The position numbers were made by a program, and so were the translations under genes. The notes beneath the pieces were generated by a model that saw only the letters and a program-made list of their open reading frames with translations, was not told the origin of the DNA and made no database searches. 64,000 bases of DNA from Haliotis rufescens (taxonomy: Eukaryota), in the NCBI RefSeq assembly GCF_023055435.1, contig NW_025963924.1:124001-188000 (forward strand), in the 5' to 3' direction. The stretch's first letter is position 1; every line of letters starts with the position of its first letter. Below, one piece after another: positions 51,688 to 64,000 of the stretch.

Positions 51688-53592
51688 TGGTTGATAGTAT
51701 GAACAACGAGTACGACGACAGTCAAGAAAGTTTGATAGCATGAACAACGAGCCGGGGTATGATGACGCACAAACCACTAGACATGTGGTTGATAGCATGA
51801 ACAACGAGCCGGGGTATGATGACACACAAACCACTAGACAGGTGGTTGATAGCATGAACAACGAGCCGGGGTATGATGGCACACAAACCACTAGACAGGT
51901 GGTTGATAGCATGAACAACGACATGGGGTATGATGACACATAATCAGTTAGAAAATTGGTTGAAAGCCTGAACAACAGTATTGGGGTATTAGGACACACA
52001 ATCAGCTAGGAAAGTGGTTGATAGAATGAACAACGATCTGGGATATGATGACATACGATGAGCTAAACAAATGGCCGATAGAATGAACAACGATCTGGGG
52101 AATGAGGACCCACAGTCAGCTAAACAAGTGGTTGATAGCATGAACAACGACCCGGGGTATGAGGACACACAGTCAGATAGACATGTGGTTGATAGCATGG
52201 ACAACGGCCCGGGGTATGAGGACACACAGTCAGATAGACATGTGGTTGATAGCATGAACAACGGCCCGGGGTATGAGGACACACAGTCAGATAGACATGT
52301 GGTTGATAGCATGAACAACGACCCGGGGTATGAGGACACACAGTCAGATAGACATGTGGTTGATAGCATGAACAACGACCCGGGGTATGAGGACCCACAG
52401 TCAGATAGACATGTGGTTGATAGCATGAACAACGACCCGGGGTATGAGGACACACAGTCAGATAGACATGTGGTTGATAGCATGAACAACGAGCCGGGGT
52501 ATGAGGACACACAGTCAGATAGACATGTGGTTGATAGCATGAACAACGACCCCGGGGTATGAGGACACGCAGTCAGATAGACATGTGGTTGATAGCATGA
52601 ACAACGACCCGGGGTATGAGGACACACAGTCAGCTAGACATGTGGTTGATAGCATGAACAACGACAGGGTGTGATGACACGCAATCAGCTAAACAAGTGG
52701 TTGATAGCATAAACAACGACCCGGGGTATGAGGACACACAGTCATATAGACATGTGGTTGATAGCATGAACAACGACCCGGGGTATGAGGACCCACAGTC
52801 AGCTAGACATGTGGTTGATAGCATGAACAACGACCCGGGGTATGAGGACACACAGTCAGATAGACATGTGGTTGATAGCATGAACAACGACCCGGGGTAT
52901 GAGGACACACAGTCAGATAGACATGTGGTTGATAGCATGAACAACGACAGGGTGTGCTGACACGCAATCAGCTAAACAAGTGGTTGATAGCATGAACAAC
53001 GACCCGGGGTATGAGGACACACAGTCAGATAGACATGTGGTTGATAGCATGAACAACGACCCGGGGTATGAGGACACACAGTCAGATAGACATGTGGTTG
53101 ATAGCATGAACAACGACAGGGTGTGATGACACGCAATCAGCTAAACAAGTGGTTGATAGCATAAACAACGACCCGGGGTATGAGGACACACAGTCAGCTA
53201 AACAAGTGGTTGATAGCATGAACAACGACCCGGGGTATGAGGACACACAGTCAGATAGACATGTGGTTGATAGCATGAACAACGACCCGGGGTATGAGGA
53301 CACACAGTCAGATAGACATGTGGTTGATAGCATGAACAACGACAGGGTGTGCTGACACGCAATCAGCTAAACAAGTGGTTGATAGCATGAACAACGACCC
53401 GGGGTATGAGGACACACAGTCAGATATACATTTGGTTGATAGCATGAACAACGACCCGGGGTATGAGGACACACAGTCAGATAGACATATGGTTGATAGC
53501 ATGAACAACGACCCGGGGTATGAGGACACGCAATCAGCTAAACAAGTGGTTGATAGCATGAACAACGATCTGGGGTATGAGGACACACAATC
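51688..53592. repeat. 57-bp minisatellite (gtggttgatagcatgaacaacgacccggggtatgaggacacacagtcagatagacat)
   Basis: About 33 units; diverged at the edges; periodic 56-bp variant units. Confidence 0.96.
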
Positions 53593-54549
53593 CGCCAGAC
53601 CCCCCCCTCGCATTCTATCCACCGGGTCCTCATTCATGGACCATAAGCAACGGGTTAACGACGGGTTCGATATGTCCAAGGTCTCCAGATAATAGATAGG
53701 GAACATTATATACCCTTAAATCTCATAATACATCGACATATACACTTTTCTATAGTACATATGGAGGCATCATACTAGCACGCGGTAACACTGAAATTCC
53801 TTTCATTCCACTGAATAGATGTTTTCCCTTCTTAAAAGCAGTGATTAAGAGATTTTTTCCCATAACAAAATCAAATGGCTCACGTTAAAAAAACTCTTTA
53901 AACACGTTTCTGTTGATGCAGACCTCGAATGTGACAAAAACTAGAGCCAGTCTATGTATCAATGTCAATCATATTTGAAACGATTTCTTGTAAAACCCAC
54001 CCCTGTCTGGTATCCGGTTACAACTTTGTCCAGATGTCTGTCTATATTTAGATGTAAACTACGACTTCTCTCAGCATCTGTCATGCTGGTGTAGAAGATT
54101 GGGAGCGATTACACCTCACCTTATATCACATGACCAGAAAACCCATGTGCCTGGTAAGAAATTGGCAGTCTGAAGACAAGCTAATGACTAGTCGAGACCA
54201 GTCGTCCCCTGGTACTTTTCAAATAAACCCTTTCTCCGTCCAAAGTAAGGTAATTTTAACTGTTGCGCTTCTTGTAATTTCATCAGCATGCTTCGACAAT
54301 AATGGGGATGGCATGCAATGAGTTTAAGAAGAGAAAAGGGAAAGAACGGTGTGATAGTGTTGGTTTTGCAGCTGCTTCAAACAATATTTGTGACGCAGGT
54401 CGTAGATATTTACCAATTCGTTGGAACCCTCGAGCACGAATACATTATCGAGAATTAAAGTATTTGAGTGAGGGCGTATCTTGGATTTCAACCACGAATT
54501 CTCTCATGGCTGAAGAATCCGGGCTCGAATTTGTCTTCAGCTATCAAAA

Positions 54550-54745
54550 CTTGTTAGAGGCGACTAACGGGGTCGGGGGTAGGCTCGTTTACTTGGTTGA
54601 TAAATGTCATCGTATCCCAATTGAGTAGATCGATGCTCCTGATATCAATCACTGGATTGTCTGGTCCAGACTCGATTATTCACAGACCGTCGTCATATAG
54701 CTGGGATATTGCTGAGTGCGGCGTTAAACAATAAATAAACAAACT
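54550..54745 (+). mobile_element. Family-1 short retroposon, 5'-truncated
   Basis: gaggcgactaacgggg...gctgagtgcggcgttaaacaataaataaac. Confidence 0.85.
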
Positions 54746-55001
54746 AAAGACTGAAGATTTTTGAATGTGAGTTTCGGCGCCTAAAGCATAAAACGATTGG
54801 ATCACCGGGGAAAAAGGATAAGAGATAAATTCAAACCAAAACTTAAGGGAAAAGTCACCGTGACTGTCAATTTGTGTGTGTGCACGTGTGTTAGAAAAAT
54901 ATATTCGTCGACGATATTATACGGATACACACGCCATCTTTGTGCTACATTTCACGATTTGTTCCCTTAACATACTAAATCCGTTCTCATACCTTTAGTT
55001 G

Positions 55002-55219
55002 GTGGTTGTTTAACGCCGCACTCAGTAATACTACAGCTATATGACAGCGGTCTGTAAATACATGTAATCGAAGTCTGGACCAGACAAACCAGTAAGTGAC
55101 ATCATGAGCATCGATCTACGCAATCAACCAAGTCAGCGAGCCTGACCACCCGACCCCGGTAATCGCCTCTTACGACAAACATAGGTTGCTGAGACCAATA
55201 TTCTTAGCCGGAATCCCCA
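55002..55219 (-). mobile_element. Family-1 short retroposon, variant 5' subtype
   Basis: 5' end reads acctatggggattccggctaagaatattggtctcagc; possible TSD taccttta[g/a]ttg. Confidence 0.82.
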
Positions 55220-55873
55220 TAGGTGCCCGTACCTTTAATTGTCAGTTGACATTAACATTTCTTAAATAGCCTGCACGTGCCTGCATGACTAACAATAAGC
55301 ACTGAAGAAAATTTAATCACATCATCCATGTTAGCGGCCATTTTGTCGTCTCATGATGTCACTTCCGGTGAAAGTAGATCTTTTAAGGAAATGCCCATGT
55401 AACTCCCCACTTTACTACGTAAACAAGTCAAGTGGTGTATTCAGTCAAACAATAGAAACTATATATGCCAATACGCGTCTAAAGTTTCACATGCAATTTA
55501 AAAGTTTTCAAGGGTTAAAAGTATACACAAAGAAAATAAGTCAGCGCGATGATTTATTTGCTTCATCTTTGAGAACTTTACATACACTGAAATATCCTTG
55601 CAGTTTAAAATCTTTAAAAATATAGATGCTGTGTATGAATGTTCAGCATCTGACTGGACACAACGTTTAAACTTGGTGGAATACATTGACCATAAAATTC
55701 GTAAAACGATAAAGACTCTTTTTTCGCTGAATTCCATGCTAATTAAAGGTAGCCATGGATGGGATTCACAAACGGACTGGCTGTAATCCCTGACTAGAAC
55801 CGTCCACAGCAACATGTGCTTGTCGTGCGACGCGATTCAGAGGATCAGTGACTTGGCTGATTACGTGTCAACA

Positions 55874-56144
55874 GACCCGTGAAGATCCGGGGTAGAATAG
55901 GTCTTCAGCAACCCATGCTTGCTGTAAAAGGCGACTATGCTTGTCGAAAGAGGCGACTAACGGGGTCGGGTGGTCAGGCTCGCTGACTTGGTTGATGCAT
56001 GTCATCGATCCCAATTGCGTGGATCGATGCTCATTATATTAATCACTGGATTGTCTGGCCCACACTCGATTATTTACAGACCGCCGTCATATAGCTGGAA
56101 TATTGCTGAGTGCGGCGTTAAACAACAAAACACCCAACCAACCA
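55874..56144 (+). mobile_element. Family-1 short retroposon, full length, nested in an older copy (~55790-56270)
   Basis: 11-bp TSD acgtgtcaaca at 55863-55873 and 56145-56155. The flanks are degenerate family-1 sequence. Confidence 0.92.
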
Positions 56145-56880
56145 ACGTGTCAACAAGAACAGCTTACTTCGGACGTTGCTCATAATATCAAGCACGGGTT
56201 AGTCTGTTTCAGACTCGATTATTTACTGCCCGCCGCCATATAGCTGAAATGCTGCTGAAACAACAAACAAAGTACAGCTGTGACCCTCTTTCTGCCCCGT
56301 GCGCACGGACTTATGTTGATTCACTTTATTAAGTGAATTTTGTCGACAGTACAAAAAATGTAACATCACCAACACATACACTTTCTGTTGACTTTTTTTA
56401 TGTATGAATGTAATTATGCTTTAATATTTGTTTTGTTTGTGTTTTTGTTTTAACTTTTAATGCAATATTTAGTTTCAGGCACTTACTCTAAAACAACATT
56501 TTGTTTTTGTTTCCTTCATCTGGACATGTTGGCTCTGAAAATCCAAATGGAAGAAAGTGGTCAACCCTTAAAGTTGTCAATCCATTTAATTTGTTAACGT
56601 TTATTGTAAGCATGAGAAATGGCACACTGAGTCGGCCAAATCAAACAATTTATTTTAAGTGTTCCTCGATTATCGAGTGTATTATTTATATCGACATATT
56701 CCCTGGACCCACTCTCCGCAATAGTCTCGTTAAGAATCCGATTTGAATGACATGACGCTATATATACCCGTCCAATCAAATTACGCTCAAGGAGACATTT
56801 TGTGCCAAGTTTGGGAGGTGGTGACGTCACTTCCGAAACGACACTATGTTGGCGAATGTGTCAAGAATATTTATCAACAT

Positions 56881-57222
56881 AGGTGAGGTGGTGAGGTGAA
56901 ATGGGATTTAACTCGCGTCCAAGATTATTGCACTTATACATGCACGTGTCTGTGGCTGCTTGTACTAGTCCGGACTAATGCCGAGTTTATAGTGCTAGCC
57001 CCCTGAGATACCATGCCGCAGTTTAACATGAATACGCCACTTAGACACAGTATATTGACTCCGGGCCGACTAGTCCTTGTTTCAGCCCCTTAATGCTGAG
57101 CGTCAGGCAGGGTAACAACAAGTACCATCTTCTAGCGTCTTTTGGTATGACGTGCCCGGGATCGAACCCCGTACCTTCCGATAACCGAGCGGACGCTCTA
57201 CCACTAGACCACAGAGGTGGTC
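56881..57222 (-). mobile_element. Family-4 tRNA-headed Meta-like SINE
   Basis: Reverse complement of tggtctagtggtagagcgtcc..ggttcgatcccgggcacgtcataccaaaagac; colinear with 26650-26990. A fragment also occurs at ~2655-2730. Confidence 0.85.
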
Positions 57223-58769
57223 TTATCAACATAGAATGGAGCATATAATATGGATCATCAAGGATGATGACATATATTTGATCAGAACCAGGGTGTTGTA
57301 TCATCCTTGCTAGATGAGTTGGAGATGATATAACCGTCTGCGTACCCCAGGCTCGTTTAGCACGTGCCTCGCACACCTGCCCCCTCTAGCGGTTGTAACA
57401 CGTACTATCTTGCTCAAGTAACAGGTTCTGTCTATATCGGGAGGGAGGGATTGACTTCGCTTGACATTGAGCCCTCATTTGATCATCATCCTTAGATAAG
57501 GCTTGCACCAAAGTCACGCGACTTTAGAGAACGCGAACTGAATTGTTATCAGTTATCGTCTGCCGCATTATGTACCGGGTTTCTGCTTTTATTGACGTTT
57601 TGTTATCCTTTTAGCTACGAAAACTGTTTTTCGATTATAATGTGCCCTCAACAGTCTCACACGTTCATAGAGATTCGTTACTCTGATTTGATCAGATTTT
57701 TGTTCTTTTTCATCGTGGGTGAGCCTCACCGAGTCATGTATGAAACCATGTGGCTTTTTTTCGATACATTCTATGACCATAACAGATGCGTTTTCTATCA
57801 GGAAACACGGAAAATATACTGTTTACAATAATGAATAATACAACTGTTTTACTGTAAAAACGTGCAAAGAACAAATATCATCTTGTCGATGTAAACAAAT
57901 ATCAAGAATTTATTTGGAGCATTTCAGATCGTTGGATATTCCCCCGAAATACGTTGAAAAGAGCCAGAACAAATTACGAAAACATCTCTGAAGGTTCTGT
58001 AACTGACTGTGCATTATACCTCAACAATTCATAATAGCATATATCAGTGCCACCCAGTCCGTAGCCTTGAACAAAATTATGGCCTCGTCCGACTAATTTG
58101 CAAAACAGGCCATAACGTTATAATTCCCTATAATTATAGTATGTTCGTAATGGGGGAGCAGAGCGATAAACATACTACAGAGTGATTGTTTCAATGTGTC
58201 TGACAAGTTGTTGCACAGTGATGGGTGAGATTTTTTCAACACTCGTTCAGCTTCCAATTATACTCTCAGATACTAACTTGCAAACCAAGTGTATGTATTA
58301 CTGAACAGTACATGTAACACGCAATACCACATGTGTACACAACAATGACAGTGAATACTGTTGAACCATAGTGCCAGAATGGGAACTCACACACAACCAA
58401 AGGTTTTCCCATAGGCTTCTATAGTAACGTTATAATTTTGAAATTACTAAGAATTTAACAGCTATTACATGTACATGTGTGCACAGCCTGGCCTCAAAGC
58501 AGCAATAAAAAAACAAATTACTAGCTTAGCCAGCTCCTTTTCCGAGTACAGGAAGCTAAACACACCACCACCAGTTCCGCACTAAATGTCACCTACTTGA
58601 TATATCTGTGGTCACATTCAGCATAAGTCATCATATTAAAAAAACATGGTCAGTTTTAATTACTGGATGGTTGTACATTTAAAACATAAAAATCTTACAC
58701 AAACTCATCCAATCGCAGATCCCAGATGATTCAATCTGCAGTGAAGACTAATTCCGATTTGGTGTGGTA

Positions 58770-61700
58770 GAACAACAATCCAAAATACCAGGTGCACTAG
58801 ACATCATACAACTTCACCCAACAACAGGTGCACTAAACAACATACAAGCACACCCAACAACACTCAAGAACACCAGGTGCACTAAACAACATACAAGTAC
58901 ATCCAACTACACTCCAAAACATCAGGTGCACTTGACATCATACAAATATACCCAGCAACGCTCCAAAACATCAGGTGCACTAAACAACACACAACATCAG
59001 GCGCATTCAACAACACCAGGCGCACTAAACAACATCAAGCGCGCTCAACATCAGGCGTACTCAACAACATCAGACGCACTCAACAACATCAGGCACACTT
59101 AACAACATCAAGCGCATTCAACAACATCAGGCGCATTCAACAACATCAGGCGTACTCAACAACATCAGACGCACTCAACAACATCAGACACACTTAACAA
59201 CATCAGGCGCTCTCAACAACACTCCAAAACATCAGGTTCACTAAACAACACACAAGTACACCCAACAAAACTCCAAAACACCAGGTACACTAAACAACAC
59301 TCCAAAACATCAGCTGCGCTAAACAACACATAATTACACCCAACAACACTCCAAAACACCAGGTGCACTAAACAACACTCCAAAACATCAGGTGCACTAA
59401 ACAACACACAAGTACACCCAACAACACTCCAAAACATCAGGTACACTAAACAACACACACGTACACCCAACAGCACTCCAAAACATCAGGTGCACTAAAC
59501 AACATACAAGTACACTCAACGTCACTCAAAAACATCAGGTGCACCAGACATCATACGACTACACCCAAACAGAAAGATACATTGAACAAGAGCATCGTAC
59601 ACTCAACAACACTCAGCAACACCCAGGTCTTACCAACAACATCAGGCGCATTCAACAACACCAGGCGCATTCAACAACACCAGGCGCACTAAACAACATC
59701 AAGCGCGCTCAACATCAGGCGTACTCAACAACATCAGACGCACTCAACATCATCGGGCACACTTAACAACATCAAGCGCTCTCAACAACACTCCAAAACA
59801 TCAGGTTCACTAAACAACACACAAGTACACCCAACAAAACTCCAAAACACCAGGTACACTAAACAACACTCCAAAACATCAGCTGCGCTAAACAACACAT
59901 AATTACACCCAACAACACTCCAAAACACCAGGTGCACTAAATAACACTCCAAAACATCAGGTACACTAAACAACACACACGTACACCCAACAGCACTCCA
60001 AAACATCAGGTGCACTAAACAACATACAAGTACACTCAACGTCACTCAAAAACATCAGGTGCACCAGACATCATACGACTACACCCAAACAGAAAGATAC
60101 ATTGAACAAGAGCATCGTACACTCAACAACACTCAGCAACACCCAGGTCTTAACAACAACATCAGGCGCATTCAACAACACCAGGCGCATTAAACAACAT
60201 CAAGCGCGCTCAACATCAGGCGTACTCAACAACATCAGACGCACTCAACAGCATCGGGCACACTTAACAACATCAAGCGCACTCAACAACATCAGGTGCA
60301 TTCAACATCAGGCGCATTCAACAACATCAGGCGTACTCAACAACATCAGGCACACTTAACAACATCAAGCGCACTCAACAACATCAGGCGCATTCAACAA
60401 CATCAGACGCACTCAACAACATCAGACGCACTCAACAACATCAGGCACACCTAACAACATCAAGCGCACTCAACAACATCAGGCGCATTCAACAACATCA
60501 GGCGTACTCAACAACACCAGGCGTACTCAACAACATCAGGCACACTAAACAACATCAAGCACACCCAACAACACTCAAGAACACCAGGTGCACTAAACAA
60601 CATACAAGTACATCCAACTACACTACAAAACATCAGGTGCACTTGACATCATACCAATATACCTAGCAACGCTCCAAAAACATCAGGTGCACTTAACAAC
60701 ACACAAGTACACCCAACTACGCTCCAAAACATCAGATGCACTAGACAACATACAAGTTCACCCATCTACGCTCCAAAACATCAGGTGCACTAAACAACAT
60801 ACAAGTACAATCAACGTCACTCAAAAACATCAGGTGAACTAAAAAAAACACAAGTACACCCAGCAACACTCCAAAACATCAGGTGCACTAAACAACACAC
60901 AAGTACACCCAACAACACTCCAAAACATCAGGTGCAATAAACAACACTCCAAAACATCAGGTACACTAAACAACACACAAGTACACCCAACAACACTCCA
61001 AAACATCAGGTGCACTAAACAACATACAACTACACCCAAACAGAAAGATACATAGAACAAGAGCATCGTACACTCAACAACACTCAGCAACACCCAGGTC
61101 TTACCAACAACATCAGGCGCATTCAACAACACCAGGCGCACTAAACAACATCAAGCGCGCTCAACATCAGGCGTACTCAACAACATCAGACGCACTCAAC
61201 AGCATCGGGCACACTTAACAACATCAAGCGCACTCAACAACATCAGGTGCATTCAACATCAGGCGCATTCAACAACATCAGGCGTACTCAACAACATCAG
61301 GCACACTTAACAACATCAAGCGCACTCAACAACACCAGGCGCATTCAACAACATCAGGCGTACTCAACAACATCAGACGCACTCAACAGCATCGGGCACA
61401 CTTAACAACATCAAGCGCACTCAACAACATCAGGCGCATTCAACAACATCAGGCGTACTCAACAACATCAGACGCACTCAACAACATCAGGCACACTTAA
61501 CAACATCAAGCGCACTCTACAACATCAGGCGCATTCAACAACATCAGGCGTACTCAACAACATCAGGCGCATTCAACAACATCAGGCATACTCAACAACA
61601 TCAGGCGCACTCAGCAACATCAGGCGTACTCAACAATATCAGGCGCATTCAACAACATCAGATGCATTCAACCACATCAGGCGCATTCAATACACCAGGC

Positions 61701-63340
61701 GCATTTAACAACATAAGGCACATTCAACAACACCAGGCGCATTCAACAACATCAAGCGCACTCAACAACATCAGGCATATTCAACAACACCAGGCGCATT
61801 CAACAACATCAGGCGTACTCAACAACATCAGACGCACTCAACAGCATCGGGCACACTTAACAACATCAAGCGCACTCAACAACATCAGGCGCATTCAACA
61901 ACATCAGGCGTACTCAACAACATCAGACGCACTCAACAACATCAGGCACACTTAACAACATCAAGCGCACTCAACAACATCAGGCGCATTCAACAACATC
62001 AGGCGTACTCAACAACATCAGGCGCATTCAACAACATCAGGCATACTCAACAACATCAAGCGCACTCAGCAACATCAGGCGTACTCAACAATATCAGGCG
62101 CATTCAACAACATCAGATGCATTCAACCACATCAGGCGCATTCAATACACCAGGCGCATTTAACAACATAAGGCACATTCAACAACACCAGACGCACTCA
62201 ACAACACCAGGCACACTAAACAACATCAAGCGCACTCAACAACATCAGGCGCATTCAACAACATCAAGCGTCTCAACAACCTCAGGCGCATTCAACAACA
62301 TCAAGCGCACTCAACAACATCAGGCGCATTCAACAACATCAGGCGCATTTAACAACATCAGGCGCACTCAACAACATCAGGCGTACTCAACAACATCAGA
62401 CGCACTCAACAACATCAGGCACACTTAACAACATCAAGCGCACTCAACAACATCAGGTGCATTCAACATCAGGCGCATTCAACAACATCAGGCGTACTCA
62501 ACAACATCAGGCACACTTAACAACATCAAGCGCACTCAACAACATCAGGTGCATTCAACAACTTCAGGCGTCTCAACAACATCAGGCGCATTCAACAACA
62601 TCAGGCACACTTAACAACATCAAGCGCACTCAACAACATCAGGTGCATTCAACATCAGGCGCATTCAACAACATCAGGCGTACTCAACAACATCAGACGC
62701 ACTCAACAACATCAGGCACACTTAACAACATCAAGCGCACTCAACAACATCAGGCGCATTCAACAACTTCAGGCGTCTCAACAACATCAGGCGCATTCAA
62801 CAACATCAGGCGCATTCAACAACATCAGGCGCATTCAACAACACCAAGCGCATTCAACAACATCAGGCGCACTCAACAACATCAGGCACATTCAACAACA
62901 TCAGGCGTACTCAACAACATCAAGCGTACTCAACAATGCCAGGCGCACTCAACAACATCAGGCACGTTCAACAACATCAGGCGTACTCAACAACATCAAG
63001 CGTACTCAACAACGCCAGGCGCACTCAACAACATCAGGCACATTCAACAACATCAGGCGTACTCAACAACATCAGGCACCTTCAACAACATCAGGCATAC
63101 TCAAAAACACCAGGCGCACTCAACAATATCAGGCGTACTCAACAACATCAGGCGTACTCAACAACATCAGGCGCATTCAACAACACCAGGCGCATTCAAC
63201 AACAACAGGCGCATTCAACAACATCAGGCGTATTCAACAACATCAGGAGTATTCAACAACATCAGGTATACTCAACAACACCTAGATCGGCTCAGCAACA
63301 CCAGGTGCACTCAACAGCATCAACATACACTCAACAACAA
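58770..63340. repeat. Complex 4.5-kb C/A-rich satellite built on a 19-bp unit (caacaacatcaggcgcact), with higher-order blocks
   Basis: The 19-bp period is dominant. Interleaved caacaacactccaaaacatcaggtgcactaa/cacaagtacacc units; a block is repeated at offset 569 (59213 vs 59782). Confidence 0.95.
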
Positions 63341-63696
63341 TTACTCTCCTCATCAAAAGTGACCCTTCTATTTACAAATACGTCTCCCGCTGGTTCGCCT
63401 CTTTCTTCAGTTTCATGATAGCGATTGGAAAATGTTTATTGTTTAAATCTTAGGTCTACACATACATGGCGTACATACATCATCTGTATTTACTTATCAC
63501 AAACAATGTTTGTCTTGAACTCAAGACATATCAGCACCTTATCCACATCCGTGCTGTGGCCTCGGAGCATGTTATCTCTGTACAAAATAGTGCATGCATG
63601 AAAATGAGGAAAGGAGTTGTTTATCTCACAATGCATGTACAGCCGAACCCCATTCACTTTCCAATAACAAAAGGTCAAAAGGTCACTTCAAATTAA

Positions 63697-63945
63697 TTTG
63701 TTTGTTTCTTGTTTAACGCCGCACTCAACAATATTCCAGCTATATGACGGCGGTCTGTAAATAATCGAATCTAGATCAGACAATCCAGTGATTGACATCA
63801 TGAGCATCGAGCTACGCAATTTTAAAACGTTGGCATGCATCAACCAAGTCAGCGAGCCTGACCACCAGATCCCGTTAGTCGCCTCTTACGATAATCATGG
63901 GTTGCTGAGACCAATATTCTTAGCCACAATTCCCATAGGTGCCCG
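63697..63945 (-). mobile_element. Family-1 short retroposon, variant 5' subtype
   Basis: Same gagaccaatattcttagcc..cccataggt 5' end as 55002-55219. Confidence 0.85.
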
Positions 63946-64000
63946 CACCTTTAATTGCTAGTGGACATTAAAATTTGTTTAATAGCAAAGACCAATTCTA

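Noticed and set aside
51634-53706. DSMNNDPGYEDTQ-repeat ORFs as a shell-matrix-like protein
   Set aside because: The frame is broken repeatedly by 56/58-bp units; no signal peptide or splice structure seen.
55885-55915. Hammerhead ribozyme on the antisense strand of family 1 (CTGAAGA)
   Set aside because: No stem II followed by GAAA and no NUH site in the right arrangement.
58764-63418. Q/H/T/N-rich ORFs
   Set aside because: The 19-bp unit is not a multiple of 3, so the frames rotate; satellite artefact.

Overview
AT-rich, repeat-dense eukaryotic (metazoan) genomic DNA. The SINE and MITE families point to a mollusc, probably a gastropod; this is inference. Nearly all ORFs in the six-frame track are spurious, including the long 770/443/301-aa ORFs, which are minisatellite translations. 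One real spliced gene is visible on the minus strand. It encodes the N-terminal Cys-rich module of the testin/LMCD1/Prickle (PET-LIM) family: a candidate first exon at 46690-46734 (with an Inr and a CRE upstream) joins in frame to exons 30019-30107 and 28022-28253, giving MAEHHGLMELPGNPH|GTNKFPRTPRGPRCLKCIDGCPGLEVHYWR|KVCKNCRCPQDDHDI...ISENL. I could not identify PET/LIM exons, which probably lie left of the window. The rest comprises about 12 minisatellite arrays, a 1307-bp tandem duplication, three tRNA-headed SINE families, a mariner-derived fold-back MITE, other MITEs and a Helentron-like element. The most intriguing item is an abundant TSD-flanked short retroposon (about 14 copies) with no tRNA head. 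It begins at a fixed position with a conserved, covarying, pseudoknot-capable RNA motif, a candidate 5' processing ribozyme or internal promoter. A tRNA-Arg-containing TG...CA solo-LTR-like insert and a CpG-decay boundary consistent with gene-body methylation are also notable.
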